From the NCBI RefSeq assembly GCF_000025665.1, contig NC_013926.1, positions 480,001 to 512,000 on the forward strand: a stretch of DNA of 32,000 nt. Reading direction: 5' to 3'. Shown here piece by piece: positions 16,401 through 24,789 of this stretch. A program made the position numbers and the translations under genes. This DNA comes from Aciduliprofundum boonei T469 (GTDB taxonomy: Archaea > Thermoplasmatota > Thermoplasmata > Thermoplasmatales > Aciduliprofundaceae). Numbering within the stretch: the stretch's first letter is position 1; the number at the start of each line of letters is the position of its first letter. A model generated the notes under the pieces. That model made no database searches and was not told where the DNA came from. It worked only from the letters and a program-made list of their open reading frames with translations.

Positions 16401-18272
16401 ATGAATCATTTTATGCAAGTAAAAGATGTTGTAGAAGGTTATGTGAATAGGGATGATTGGAGAGTACAGGAGAACAGCAACACAGGATATTCATTCTCAG
16501 GTCTTATGCTTCATGTGGCAGGTCATGCCATAGCAGAGTATACTTTGCAACATATATATCCAAAAGATATTGCTGATGCTCATAGGAAGGGATATTACCA
16601 TATTCATGATTTGTCCTTTGGTATAATACCTTATTGCGCTGGATGGTATTTGAAAGATTTATTGCTGAGGGGATTTGGAGGGGTACCTGGAAAAATAAAT
16701 GCAAAACCTCCAAAGCATCTTGATACTGCGGTGGCCCAGATGGTCAATTTCTTAGGCACGATGCAGATGGAATTTGCAGGAGCTCAGGCATTTAGCAGTG
16801 TTGATACTTATCTGGCACCATTCATAAGGCGGGATAAGTTAAGTTATAATGAAGTAAAACAAAATATGCAGAGATTAATCTATGGCCTGAATATACCATC
16901 ACGCTGGGGTTCACAAACGCCATTCACAAATTTTACATTTGATATAGTACCTCCAGAGGACTTGGGTAGGGAGCATGCGGTGGTGGGTGGTAAAGAATTG
17001 AGTGCTACTTATGATGAATATAGAGAAGAGATGGATATGCTCAATCGTGCATTTATGGAGATTATGATGGAAGGAGATGCCAATGGGCGTATATTTACAT
17101 TTCCAATACCGACCTATAATCTCCTCCCAGATTTTGACTGGGATAGTGAGATAGCTGATTTGTTATTTAGGATGACTGCTAAATATGGCACTCCCTACTT
17201 TCAGAATTATATAGGTAGCGATTTGGATCCTCGCAGCATAAGGGCCATGTGCTGCCGTCTCCAACTGGATATAAATGAACTGAGGAGCAGAGGTAATGGA
17301 CTCTTTGGTTCGGGAGAATTGACGGGTTCAATTGGAGTAGTTACAATAAATATGAATCGCTTGGGTTATGAATCTAAAGATGAAGATGAGTTTTTTGAAA
17401 AATTACTGCATTATATGCACCTTGCCAAAGAAAGTTTGGAAATAAAGAGAGAAATAGTAAAGGAAAATCTCCGTAAGGGATTGTTACCCTTTACTAAGAT
17501 ATATTTGGGGCACTTTAACAATCATTTCTCTACCATAGGGCTTATTGGAATGCATGAAGCTTTGATGAACCTTTTTGGATTTGGTATATATGAGAGGGAT
17601 GGGCTGATATTTGCTATTAAAACACTTAGATTTATGAGGGAGGTGCTTCGCAGGTTCCAAGATGAAACTGGAAATCTCTATAATTTAGAAGCTACCCCGG
17701 CAGAGGGCTCTTCATATCGTCTTGCAAGATTGGATAAGAAAATGCATCCAGACATATATGTGTCGGGAGAAGATGAGCCTTATTTAACAAATTCAACATG
17801 GCTTCCAGCAGATTATAAGGTTAGTGTGATAGAGGCATTGGCACATCAGGAAGTGCTTCAAACTCTTTACACGGGAGGTACCGTTTTTCATACATACCTT
17901 GGAGAAAAAGTTAGTTCGGAGAGTGTAAAATCTTTAGCTAAAAAGATAGCGGAAAATACCAAGATTCCATACTTTACAATAACCCCCACATTCTCAATAT
18001 GTCCAGAGCATGGATATCTTCCTGGAGAGCAATGGAGTTGTCCCTATTGTGGAAGAAAAACTGAGGTTTATTCTCGTGTGGTAGGATATTTTAGACCTGT
18101 GGAAGCCTGGAATGGAGGAAAGAAGGAAGAATTCAAGATGAGAATCAATTTCAATCTAAATGCTATGGAGAGTCGCTGGAAAGTTTACAGGGATGTAGCA
18201 AAGAATGTTGCCATGCCTGAAGTTAATATTGGAAGTAAAGAAGAGAAGAAAGTACAGTTAATATTAATGTGA
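16401..18272 (+). CDS. nrdD: Anaerobic ribonucleoside-triphosphate reductase (class III), short form without an ATP-cone
   Basis: Thiyl-radical loop RAMCCRLQLD. C-terminal Zn ribbon CPEHG...CPYCG. Glycyl-radical motif YSRVVGYFRPV. An alternative start at ATG 16413 fits the TATA ttaatttata (16381..16390) better if the mRNA is leaderless. Confidence 0.92.
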   Translation: MNHFMQVKDVVEGYVNRDDWRVQENSNTGYSFSGLMLHVAGHAIAEYTLQHIYPKDIADAHRKGYYHIHDLSFGIIPYCAGWYLKDLLLRGFGGVPGKINAKPPKHLDTAVAQMVNFLGTMQMEFAGAQAFSSVDTYLAPFIRRDKLSYNEVKQNMQRLIYGLNIPSRWGSQTPFTNFTFDIVPPEDLGREHAVVGGKELSATYDEYREEMDMLNRAFMEIMMEGDANGRIFTFPIPTYNLLPDFDWDSEIADLLFRMTAKYGTPYFQNYIGSDLDPRSIRAMCCRLQLDINELRSRGNGLFGSGELTGSIGVVTINMNRLGYESKDEDEFFEKLLHYMHLAKESLEIKREIVKENLRKGLLPFTKIYLGHFNNHFSTIGLIGMHEALMNLFGFGIYERDGLIFAIKTLRFMREVLRRFQDETGNLYNLEATPAEGSSYRLARLDKKMHPDIYVSGEDEPYLTNSTWLPADYKVSVIEALAHQEVLQTLYTGGTVFHTYLGEKVSSESVKSLAKKIAENTKIPYFTITPTFSICPEHGYLPGEQWSCPYCGRKTEVYSRVVGYFRPVEAWNGGKKEEFKMRINFNLNAMESRWKVYRDVAKNVAMPEVNIGSKEEKKVQLILM

Positions 18273-18281
18273 GGAATATTT

Positions 18282-18965
18282 ATGCTCATTGCTGGCTACA
18301 TCCCTGAATCTTTCGTTGACTGGAGAGGAAAAATGGTAGCTACGGTGTTCACCTACGGTTGTAATTTCCGATGTCCATTTTGCCACAATTATACACTTGT
18401 CACAGAGCCACCTACCGCACTCTTAAGTGAGGATAATGTGATAGAGGAAATAAAAGGGCTTAAGGGATGGATTGATGGGATATGCATTACGGGAGGGGAG
18501 CCCACGATTCATAAAGATTTGAAAGATTTTGTAAAAAAATTAAGTGAGATAGCGCCTGTTAAATTAGATACTAATGGTACAGAGCCATCTACTCTTATAG
18601 AGGTTATTCCTTACATTTCCTATGTGGCGATGGATATAAAAGCCCCAAAATATAGATATAATGAATTTGCAGGGGTTTCAGTAAATATGGAAAAAATAGA
18701 AGAGAGTATTGATATAATAAAAAAATATTCGAGAGATTACGAGTTTAGAACTACTGCTGTACCCTTACTCAATGAGGAAGATTTTGAAGAAATTGCCCTC
18801 TGGCTATCTGGTGCAAAAAGGTATGTTATTCAACAATTTTCCTCACAAGGAGGAACATTAAATAAGGAATTTGAGAATTTAAGTCCCCATGAGCCTCAAA
18901 AACTCCATCAGATATGTGAGAGAATTAAGGATAATTTTGATGAATGTTTGATTGCCAATTTATAG
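18282..18965 (+). CDS. nrdG: Anaerobic RNR activating enzyme (radical SAM)
   Basis: The CxxxCxxC cluster motif in YGCNFRCPFCHN, plus GGEPT. It starts 9 nt after nrdD. Confidence 0.9.
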   Translation: MLIAGYIPESFVDWRGKMVATVFTYGCNFRCPFCHNYTLVTEPPTALLSEDNVIEEIKGLKGWIDGICITGGEPTIHKDLKDFVKKLSEIAPVKLDTNGTEPSTLIEVIPYISYVAMDIKAPKYRYNEFAGVSVNMEKIEESIDIIKKYSRDYEFRTTAVPLLNEEDFEEIALWLSGAKRYVIQQFSSQGGTLNKEFENLSPHEPQKLHQICERIKDNFDECLIANL

Positions 18966-19130
18966 AGAATTTATTATCTCCAGAATATACTCTAGATGAA
19001 TTGAATAATCTTTGGTATGGACAAAGGATTTGTAGTTTATTTATTCAGTAATGTGGGAAAGTTTTTATGAAGATTATACATATATGAATTAAATATAAAC
19101 CAACAAATTTGCAATGATGGAGTGAAAGGT

Positions 19131-20213
19131 ATGAATGAAAAATTACTGATGTTGATAAAAGAGCTGCAAAGCAGTAGAAAACTTGAGACTTATGGAGAAG
19201 AGGCGACTAAGCAGGCGGTAGTACTTCCTATCCTATCGGCTCTAGGATGGAATCCTTTTAATCCCGAAGAGGTGTATCCTGAGTATTCTGTTAAAGGAAG
19301 GAGAGTTGACTATGCATTGAGACATAAGGGCAACAACAAGGTATTTATTGAAGTGAAAAAGGTAAATGAGGATTTAGAAAAGCATCAAGAACAATTGTTA
19401 GATTACTCGTTTAGAGAAGGAGTTAAGTTGGCAATTTTGACAAACGGAATAAGCTGGTGGTTCTATTTGCCTCTAAGAGAGGGGAGCTGGGAGCAAAGGA
19501 AATTTTACACGATAGAGATATACGAGCAAGATACTGAAAGTATCGTAGAGAACTTTGAGAAATTTTTGTCAAAAGATAATGTTATTTCGGGCAGGGCAAT
19601 AGAATATGCAGAAAGCGTGTACAAGAGCAAACAGAAGGAGAGATTAATTGCAGACACACTTCCCAAAGCATGGGAAAAGATAATTACGGAACCAGATGAG
19701 CAACTCGTAGAACTCTTGGCTGATACTACTGAGAAATTGTGTGGATATCGGCCAGATAGCGAAGCGGTGGAGAGGTTTTTACAAAATGAACTTAAAATCA
19801 TATCGAGCAGGGAAACACATACTCCAAATATAAGGAGTCTACCTTCTCAAAAGAAACAAAACCATCAAAAAATATACAAACCTACCGGATATGTTGGTAA
19901 ATCAATCACTGCATTTGCTTTAGATGGGGTGAGATATCCCGTAAAATCATGGAAGGATATGCTAATAAAAGTTTGTAATTTGATGCATCTTAAATATCCC
20001 AACGACTTCGATAAAGTTCTTACTCTTGTGGGCAGAAAAAGACCTTATTTTTCTAAAAACCCTAATGAATTAAGGTCTCCAGAGAGAATTGATGATACAC
20101 AAATTTATGCAGAGACAAATCTTAGTGCCAACGCAATAGTGGGAATAACAAAAAAAGTACTTGCACTATTTGGTTATTCAGACAATGCATTAAAAATAGA
20201 AACCAGAAAATGA
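19131..20213 (+). CDS. Standalone PD-(D/E)xK nuclease-fold protein (type I restriction HsdR N-terminal-like domain) with an uncharacterised C-terminal domain
   Basis: The N-terminus YGEEATKQAVVLPILSALGWNP followed by RRVDYAL...KVFIEVKK (D...ExK) matches the HSDR_N-type nuclease core as I recall it. Residues from about 150 to 360 have no motif I recognise. SD GGAGTGA precedes ATG 19131; the track start at 19122 is GTG. Confidence 0.6.
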   Translation: MNEKLLMLIKELQSSRKLETYGEEATKQAVVLPILSALGWNPFNPEEVYPEYSVKGRRVDYALRHKGNNKVFIEVKKVNEDLEKHQEQLLDYSFREGVKLAILTNGISWWFYLPLREGSWEQRKFYTIEIYEQDTESIVENFEKFLSKDNVISGRAIEYAESVYKSKQKERLIADTLPKAWEKIITEPDEQLVELLADTTEKLCGYRPDSEAVERFLQNELKIISSRETHTPNIRSLPSQKKQNHQKIYKPTGYVGKSITAFALDGVRYPVKSWKDMLIKVCNLMHLKYPNDFDKVLTLVGRKRPYFSKNPNELRSPERIDDTQIYAETNLSANAIVGITKKVLALFGYSDNALKIETRK

Positions 20214-20247
20214 AAATCTGAAAATTTATTTATACCCCGCCCCTCTT

Positions 20248-21786
20248 ATGAAATCTATGACCGAGAAAGAGAGGGGGAAGTGGGGAGTTCTCTATATGAT
20301 GAGCTTTGCCATGTTCATTATGACCATAGATATGACTATGATGAATGTTTCAATTTCCGCCCTTGTTAGAGATTTGAATACCACGGTGAGTGGTATACAG
20401 TTAGCCATAGCACTTTATACATTAGTTATGGCAGCGTTTATGATCGTAGGTGCTAAGATGGCGGATATCTGGGGTACGAAGAAGGTTTTTGTGGTTGGGT
20501 TGGCCATTTACACTATAGGTACTACTATGGCCACATTTGCTCCAAATTTGCTTATTCTTCTCATGGGGTGGTCAATCTTTGAAGGGATTGGTGGGGCAAT
20601 GATGATGCCAGTTACGGTTACTTATATAACGAAGGATTATACCGGGAAAGATAGGATATTTGCATTTGGCGTATGGGGTGCTATTGCGGGAGCAGCAGCC
20701 GCCTTTGGTCCTATTATTGGGGGTGTTTTTACCACCTATTTAACTTGGCGTCTTGGATTTGGAATGGAGGCGATTATTGCCATTGGAATGTTTGCAAAAA
20801 TGGGAATATTGAAAGATTATCAGCCTACTCATAAAATAAAGTTGGATATTCTTGGAGCGCTGCTCGTGGGGGTGGGCCTATTTTTGATCACTTTATCTGT
20901 GCTCTTAATAGACCCGTTTGGAGATGCTCCAGTTATAGGCGTACTGTCTCTAGGGATTCTAGTAATAGCAGGATTTGTGTACCATGAGAAAAATGTAGTG
21001 CGTAAAGGATTAGATCCCCTTGTAAATTTAAAACTCTTCAAATCTAAAACTTTTGTTGTAGGAAATTTAGTGAGTATATTCTTTCAGATAACCCTTGCAG
21101 GCCTGATGTTCACATTGCCTGTATTCCTTCAAAATGTTGCCAATTACAATGCTATGAGCACTGGATTATCTCTTGTTCCCCTATCCATAATGATGTTTAT
21201 ATTTTCCATATATGGTCAAAAACTGCTAAAGTATATGACAGCCAAGAGGGTAATACAGCTTGGAATCGTCTTTGCCTTTGTAGGCTTGTTTCTTCTTTTC
21301 ATTGTTTTCTCTCCAACTACAACTGGCTGGGATTTAATATGGGGTCTAGCATTCTATGGAACTGGCTTGGGATTGATATTCTCGCAGATAACTAACCTAG
21401 CCATGGCTGGGGCTAGTCCAGAGGAGGAAGCTGAAGCTTCGGGAGTGTTTAATTCACAGAAACAACTTGGAATGAGCCTAGGTACTGCCTTTATAGGTGC
21501 AGTTCTTGTGCTTGGCATGATCAACAATATTGCGAGAGGTATATACGAGTCCAATTATTTTCCCGGATACAGCAAGGAAGAAATAAAGCAGAAGGTTATT
21601 GATTGGATAGTGCATATGAAACAGGGTCAAATAGTTATTCCACCTGATTATATGCAGCATGTAAATCAAATTGTTCAATGGGCACTTGGTAATGCAATGC
21701 GCTCTGCAATGATATTTCTTATGATTTCACTGGCTATTGGTGCAATATTCTCAATATGGCTTCCTAATAACCCTGAGAAATCTTAG
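20248..21786 (+). CDS. MFS transporter, DHA2 (EmrB/QacA-like, 14-TMS) drug:H+ antiporter family
   Basis: 512 aa with about 14 hydrophobic segments. N-terminal signature MDMTMMNVSISALVRDLN...LAIALYTLVMAAFMIVGAKMADIWGTKKVF is typical of DHA2. Confidence 0.88.
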   Translation: MKSMTEKERGKWGVLYMMSFAMFIMTIDMTMMNVSISALVRDLNTTVSGIQLAIALYTLVMAAFMIVGAKMADIWGTKKVFVVGLAIYTIGTTMATFAPNLLILLMGWSIFEGIGGAMMMPVTVTYITKDYTGKDRIFAFGVWGAIAGAAAAFGPIIGGVFTTYLTWRLGFGMEAIIAIGMFAKMGILKDYQPTHKIKLDILGALLVGVGLFLITLSVLLIDPFGDAPVIGVLSLGILVIAGFVYHEKNVVRKGLDPLVNLKLFKSKTFVVGNLVSIFFQITLAGLMFTLPVFLQNVANYNAMSTGLSLVPLSIMMFIFSIYGQKLLKYMTAKRVIQLGIVFAFVGLFLLFIVFSPTTTGWDLIWGLAFYGTGLGLIFSQITNLAMAGASPEEEAEASGVFNSQKQLGMSLGTAFIGAVLVLGMINNIARGIYESNYFPGYSKEEIKQKVIDWIVHMKQGQIVIPPDYMQHVNQIVQWALGNAMRSAMIFLMISLAIGAIFSIWLPNNPEKS

Positions 21787-22883
21787 TTTTCCATTATTCT
21801 ATTTTTTAAATCCTCAAACAATACTCCTATGACAATCTCAGTTAATTTTAGCAATCTATATGCATCTTTTACATATTTTGTTCCTGGTTTGTTATGTGCA
21901 TATTTTGAGCGAGTGTCTGCAATGGTATCTATCATCTTATCTATCAACCTCCTCCCTTCTTCCAAATACTTAACCTCCCTGTCTATTAGGCCTTCCCACT
22001 TTCTTCCTATGTTTGCCTCCTTCTTGTAAAAATTCCATAGCGCATTTAAAGAGGCTATAGTTTTTATTCCAGCCCATTCATATAGTTTTATTGATTTTTC
22101 ATCGTTTCCAAATTTTTTCTTTATGTTCTCATTCCACTTTTCTCTGTAGTTGTCTATGGAAGGTATAAGATGCGCTTTAAAAGCCCTCTCAAGGGTATTG
22201 TAAACTGAGAGAATAACCTTATCGTAATTTCCTTCACGATATAGTAGATTCGCTTTAATTATCATAAGAGAAATATCCCAGGGAACTAGAGAGGTGAATG
22301 TTATTTTGGGGAGTTCAAGGGCATCGAGGCCTTGGGGAGTTATGGTGATATTCAATTTCATTTTTTCGTTGGATATATGTATGTATTCAAGAATTGCGAG
22401 CTTAGCGAGGCTTATTATTGCCTCATCCATAGAAAATGGTGAATCGAAAATTTGCTGTTTGAGTATAGGTATGAATCCACCAGAATCCCATATCATTTTC
22501 AGAATTTCAATATCTCTGCTATTAATTCCGAATTCAGAACTTTCTTCATTTATTATATCAATATCATCGTTTATGGCGTATTTTTGCAAATCTTTTTCTT
22601 TATTCTTTACTTCATTTATAAATTTTATTGCACCTCTACGAATAGATAATAATGAAAACGAAATTAGAATTGAAGCGATTGATAGAAATATCAATGGATA
22701 TACCCAGCTTTGCCATTGGAAGATAAGGTTAGGTCTGTACGCTATTAGTAATCCGTAAAGAAAAATTCCAGCAGAGCCAAGGAATAAAAAACCAACACCG
22801 AGTATGCCTACGGGTGATAGTATTGCAAGACGGAGTATTTTACCATAGGGATTTTCCATAGAGTTGATAATGAGCGTAAGCAT
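21783..22883 (-). CDS. Membrane-anchored protein: 3 TM helices, wHTH-like middle, HEPN-like (Rx4H) C-terminal domain
   Basis: 366 aa. The TM region spans ILRLAILSPVGILGVGFLFLGSAGIFLYGLLIAY and VYPLIFLSIASILISFSLLSI, followed by RRGAIK (cytoplasmic by the positive-inside rule). The wHTH-like segment is EILKMIWDSGGFIPILKQQIF...AIISLAKLAILEYIHI. The C-terminal helical domain has ILSVYNTLERAFKAHL and IADTRSKYAHNKPG (R-x4-H). The ORF itself is solid; the domain calls are by eye. Confidence 0.55.
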   Translation of the reverse strand: MLTLIINSMENPYGKILRLAILSPVGILGVGFLFLGSAGIFLYGLLIAYRPNLIFQWQSWVYPLIFLSIASILISFSLLSIRRGAIKFINEVKNKEKDLQKYAINDDIDIINEESSEFGINSRDIEILKMIWDSGGFIPILKQQIFDSPFSMDEAIISLAKLAILEYIHISNEKMKLNITITPQGLDALELPKITFTSLVPWDISLMIIKANLLYREGNYDKVILSVYNTLERAFKAHLIPSIDNYREKWNENIKKKFGNDEKSIKLYEWAGIKTIASLNALWNFYKKEANIGRKWEGLIDREVKYLEEGRRLIDKMIDTIADTRSKYAHNKPGTKYVKDAYRLLKLTEIVIGVLFEDLKNRIMEN

Positions 22884-22936
22884 TTATATTTTCCGAGAAA
22901 GTTTTTAAATATACCATTTATCATGCATCATGAGGT

Positions 22937-23305
22937 GTGGTGCATTTGCCCGATAATCTTGGAAAGAAAGGAGAGTACCCAGAAATAGGATTCAAAGCAT
23001 TCTTTGGCATATTTATTAAGGTTATTTATGTGGTCAGAAAAATAGTTATCACCCTGTTTATATTTATAATTGTTATGGGAATTCTCCTTGCTTTTTTAGA
23101 GGGCTTAAGTATTTGGAATGGTATATATTTTGCCTTCGTAACAGCGCTGACTCTTGGATACGGGGATATAGTTCCCCATACGGGAATTGGTAAGTTTATA
23201 TGCGCAATAGTGCTTCCTATAACCGGCATGCTTCTGACAGGCATAATGGTGGCAGCGGCAATAGCTGCTATAAATCGCGGTTTGGAGGAAGAGATGAAAA
23301 AATAA
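22937..23305 (+). CDS. Minimal two-TM potassium channel (pore-only, no RCK or other ligand domain)
   Basis: TM1 VITLFIFIIVMGILLAFLEGL. Pore helix and selectivity filter GIYFAFVTALTLGYGDIVP. TM2 FICAIVLPITGMLLTGIMVAAAIAAI. 122 aa from GTG 22937; an in-frame TTG at 22946 is possible after GAGGTG. Confidence 0.8.
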   Translation: MVHLPDNLGKKGEYPEIGFKAFFGIFIKVIYVVRKIVITLFIFIIVMGILLAFLEGLSIWNGIYFAFVTALTLGYGDIVPHTGIGKFICAIVLPITGMLLTGIMVAAAIAAINRGLEEEMKK

Positions 23306-23343
23306 GAGCGAAATTTATTAAATATGGAAAGAGATTTGGGATA

Positions 23344-24126
23344 GTGTTCATAAGCATTGTAATAACAGTGAGAAACGAGGAGAGGCATATAGCAAATTTA
23401 CTTGATTCGCTTGTAATTCAGGAGAAGCCCTTTGAAATAATAATTGTAGATGCTCATAGTCAGGATAAAACCAGAGAGATTGTTAGGAAATATATGGAAG
23501 ATTATGATTTTATTCATCTGTACGAAAAAGGGGGATCAAGGGGTGTAGGAAGAAACTATGGTGTTGAAAAAGCATCTGGAGAGTACATAGCTTTCACAGA
23601 TGGGGATGACATCGCAAATCCATTCTGGCTTTCTGAGATTCGCAAAAGTTTCAAAGATGGTGCGGATGTTGTTGCTGGAAGAACGATCTACATAGGTTAT
23701 GGACCATGGGAAAAACTTGAGAGGGTTGAGTTGTTTTACAAAGGATGGGATGTCACTTACCCAAGTTGCAATCTTGCCTATAAAAAAGAATTGTTTCAGC
23801 GCATAGGAGGTTTTGATCCTTGGTTTGTAACAGCGGAGGATATTGATTTAAATATGAGGGCTGTGGATGCAGGTGCTAAAATTGTATATAATCCGAGGGC
23901 AATAATATATCATAGAACCCGTGATTCTTTATACTCTTTCGCTAAGCAAGCATTCTGGAATGGATATGGCAGGAAGCAATTAACCTTAAAACATGGAAAG
24001 ATGTGGAATAGATACAAGCCGCAGAGAATGCTCAATCCGGCACAATTAAATTTTTATGGGCTTTTAAGATTATCCTTTGCTATGATGGGCTATCTCGCCT
24101 GCAAATTGTATGGTGATAAGAGATGA
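23344..24126 (+). CDS. Family 2 glycosyltransferase
   Basis: ISIVITVRNEERHIANLLDSL..., IIIVDAHSQDKTREIV, and the DxD motif in AFTDGDDIA. The start is set to GTG 23344, the first canonical start after the channel stop. The track start at 23200 would overlap the channel gene by 106 nt. Confidence 0.85.
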   Translation: MFISIVITVRNEERHIANLLDSLVIQEKPFEIIIVDAHSQDKTREIVRKYMEDYDFIHLYEKGGSRGVGRNYGVEKASGEYIAFTDGDDIANPFWLSEIRKSFKDGADVVAGRTIYIGYGPWEKLERVELFYKGWDVTYPSCNLAYKKELFQRIGGFDPWFVTAEDIDLNMRAVDAGAKIVYNPRAIIYHRTRDSLYSFAKQAFWNGYGRKQLTLKHGKMWNRYKPQRMLNPAQLNFYGLLRLSFAMMGYLACKLYGDKR

Positions 24127-24788
24127 AGGTAAGTGTGATCATTCCAACGCTCAACGAGGAAGAGAGCATAGGCCATGTTCTTGATAAAATTCCAAGAGAT
24201 CCAAAGTATGAGTGGGAGATAATGATAGTGGATGGAGATTCTAAGGATAAAACTAGGGAGATAGCGGAAAATAAAGGAGCAAGGGTTATAATTGAAAAGC
24301 GTAAAGGGTATGGAAGAGCATATAAAACTGGATTTGCCGCTGCTACAGGGGATATTATTGTCACTTTGGACGGTGATGATACATATCCTGCAGAAAAAAT
24401 ACCCGCGCTTGTGGATTATCTGTTAAAAAATGATCTAGATTTCATCTCTTGCGAGAGGTTTTCAAAAATGCAAAAAGGGGCCATGAGTGCCACCCATAAA
24501 TTTGGAAACTGGGTGCTTACTATAACAACTCGCATACTCTTTGGAGTTAAGATAAAGGACTCTCAGAGTGGGATGTGGGTTTTTAGGAAGGAGATTTTAA
24601 AGGACCTTAATTTGACATCCGATGGAATGCCTTTTAGTGAGGAAATAAAGATAGAGGCGTGGAGAAAATTTAAATGTGAGGAAGTGCCAATAGAGTATAG
24701 AGAGAGAAAGGGTGAAGTTAAATTAAATACATGGAGAGATGGATTAAAAAATCTCAAATTTTTATTTAAAAAGAGATTTAAAAGATGA
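24123..24788 (+). CDS. Family 2 glycosyltransferase (dolichyl-phosphate hexosyltransferase-like)
   Basis: MKVSVIIPTLNEEESIGHVL, IMIVDGDSKDKTREIA, GYGRAYKTG, VTLDGDDTYP. An ATGA overlap couples it to the preceding GT2 gene. Confidence 0.85.
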   Translation: MKVSVIIPTLNEEESIGHVLDKIPRDPKYEWEIMIVDGDSKDKTREIAENKGARVIIEKRKGYGRAYKTGFAAATGDIIVTLDGDDTYPAEKIPALVDYLLKNDLDFISCERFSKMQKGAMSATHKFGNWVLTITTRILFGVKIKDSQSGMWVFRKEILKDLNLTSDGMPFSEEIKIEAWRKFKCEEVPIEYRERKGEVKLNTWRDGLKNLKFLFKKRFKR

Positions 24789-24789
24789 G

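Noticed and set aside
22294-22758. A 154-aa forward ORF, and the 65-aa ORF at 22452..22649.
   Set aside because: Both are antisense to the TM-wHTH-HEPN-like gene, whose frame has far better domain logic. The AT-rich sequence generates long spurious frames.
23200-23343. The upstream extension of the first GT2 gene from ATG 23200 (MRNSASYNRHASDRHNGGSGNS...).
   Set aside because: It overlaps the K+ channel gene by 106 nt in another frame. It encodes a non-GT2-like Ser/Arg/Gly-rich peptide. The GT2 fold starts at ...ISIVITVRNEE, right after GTG 23344.
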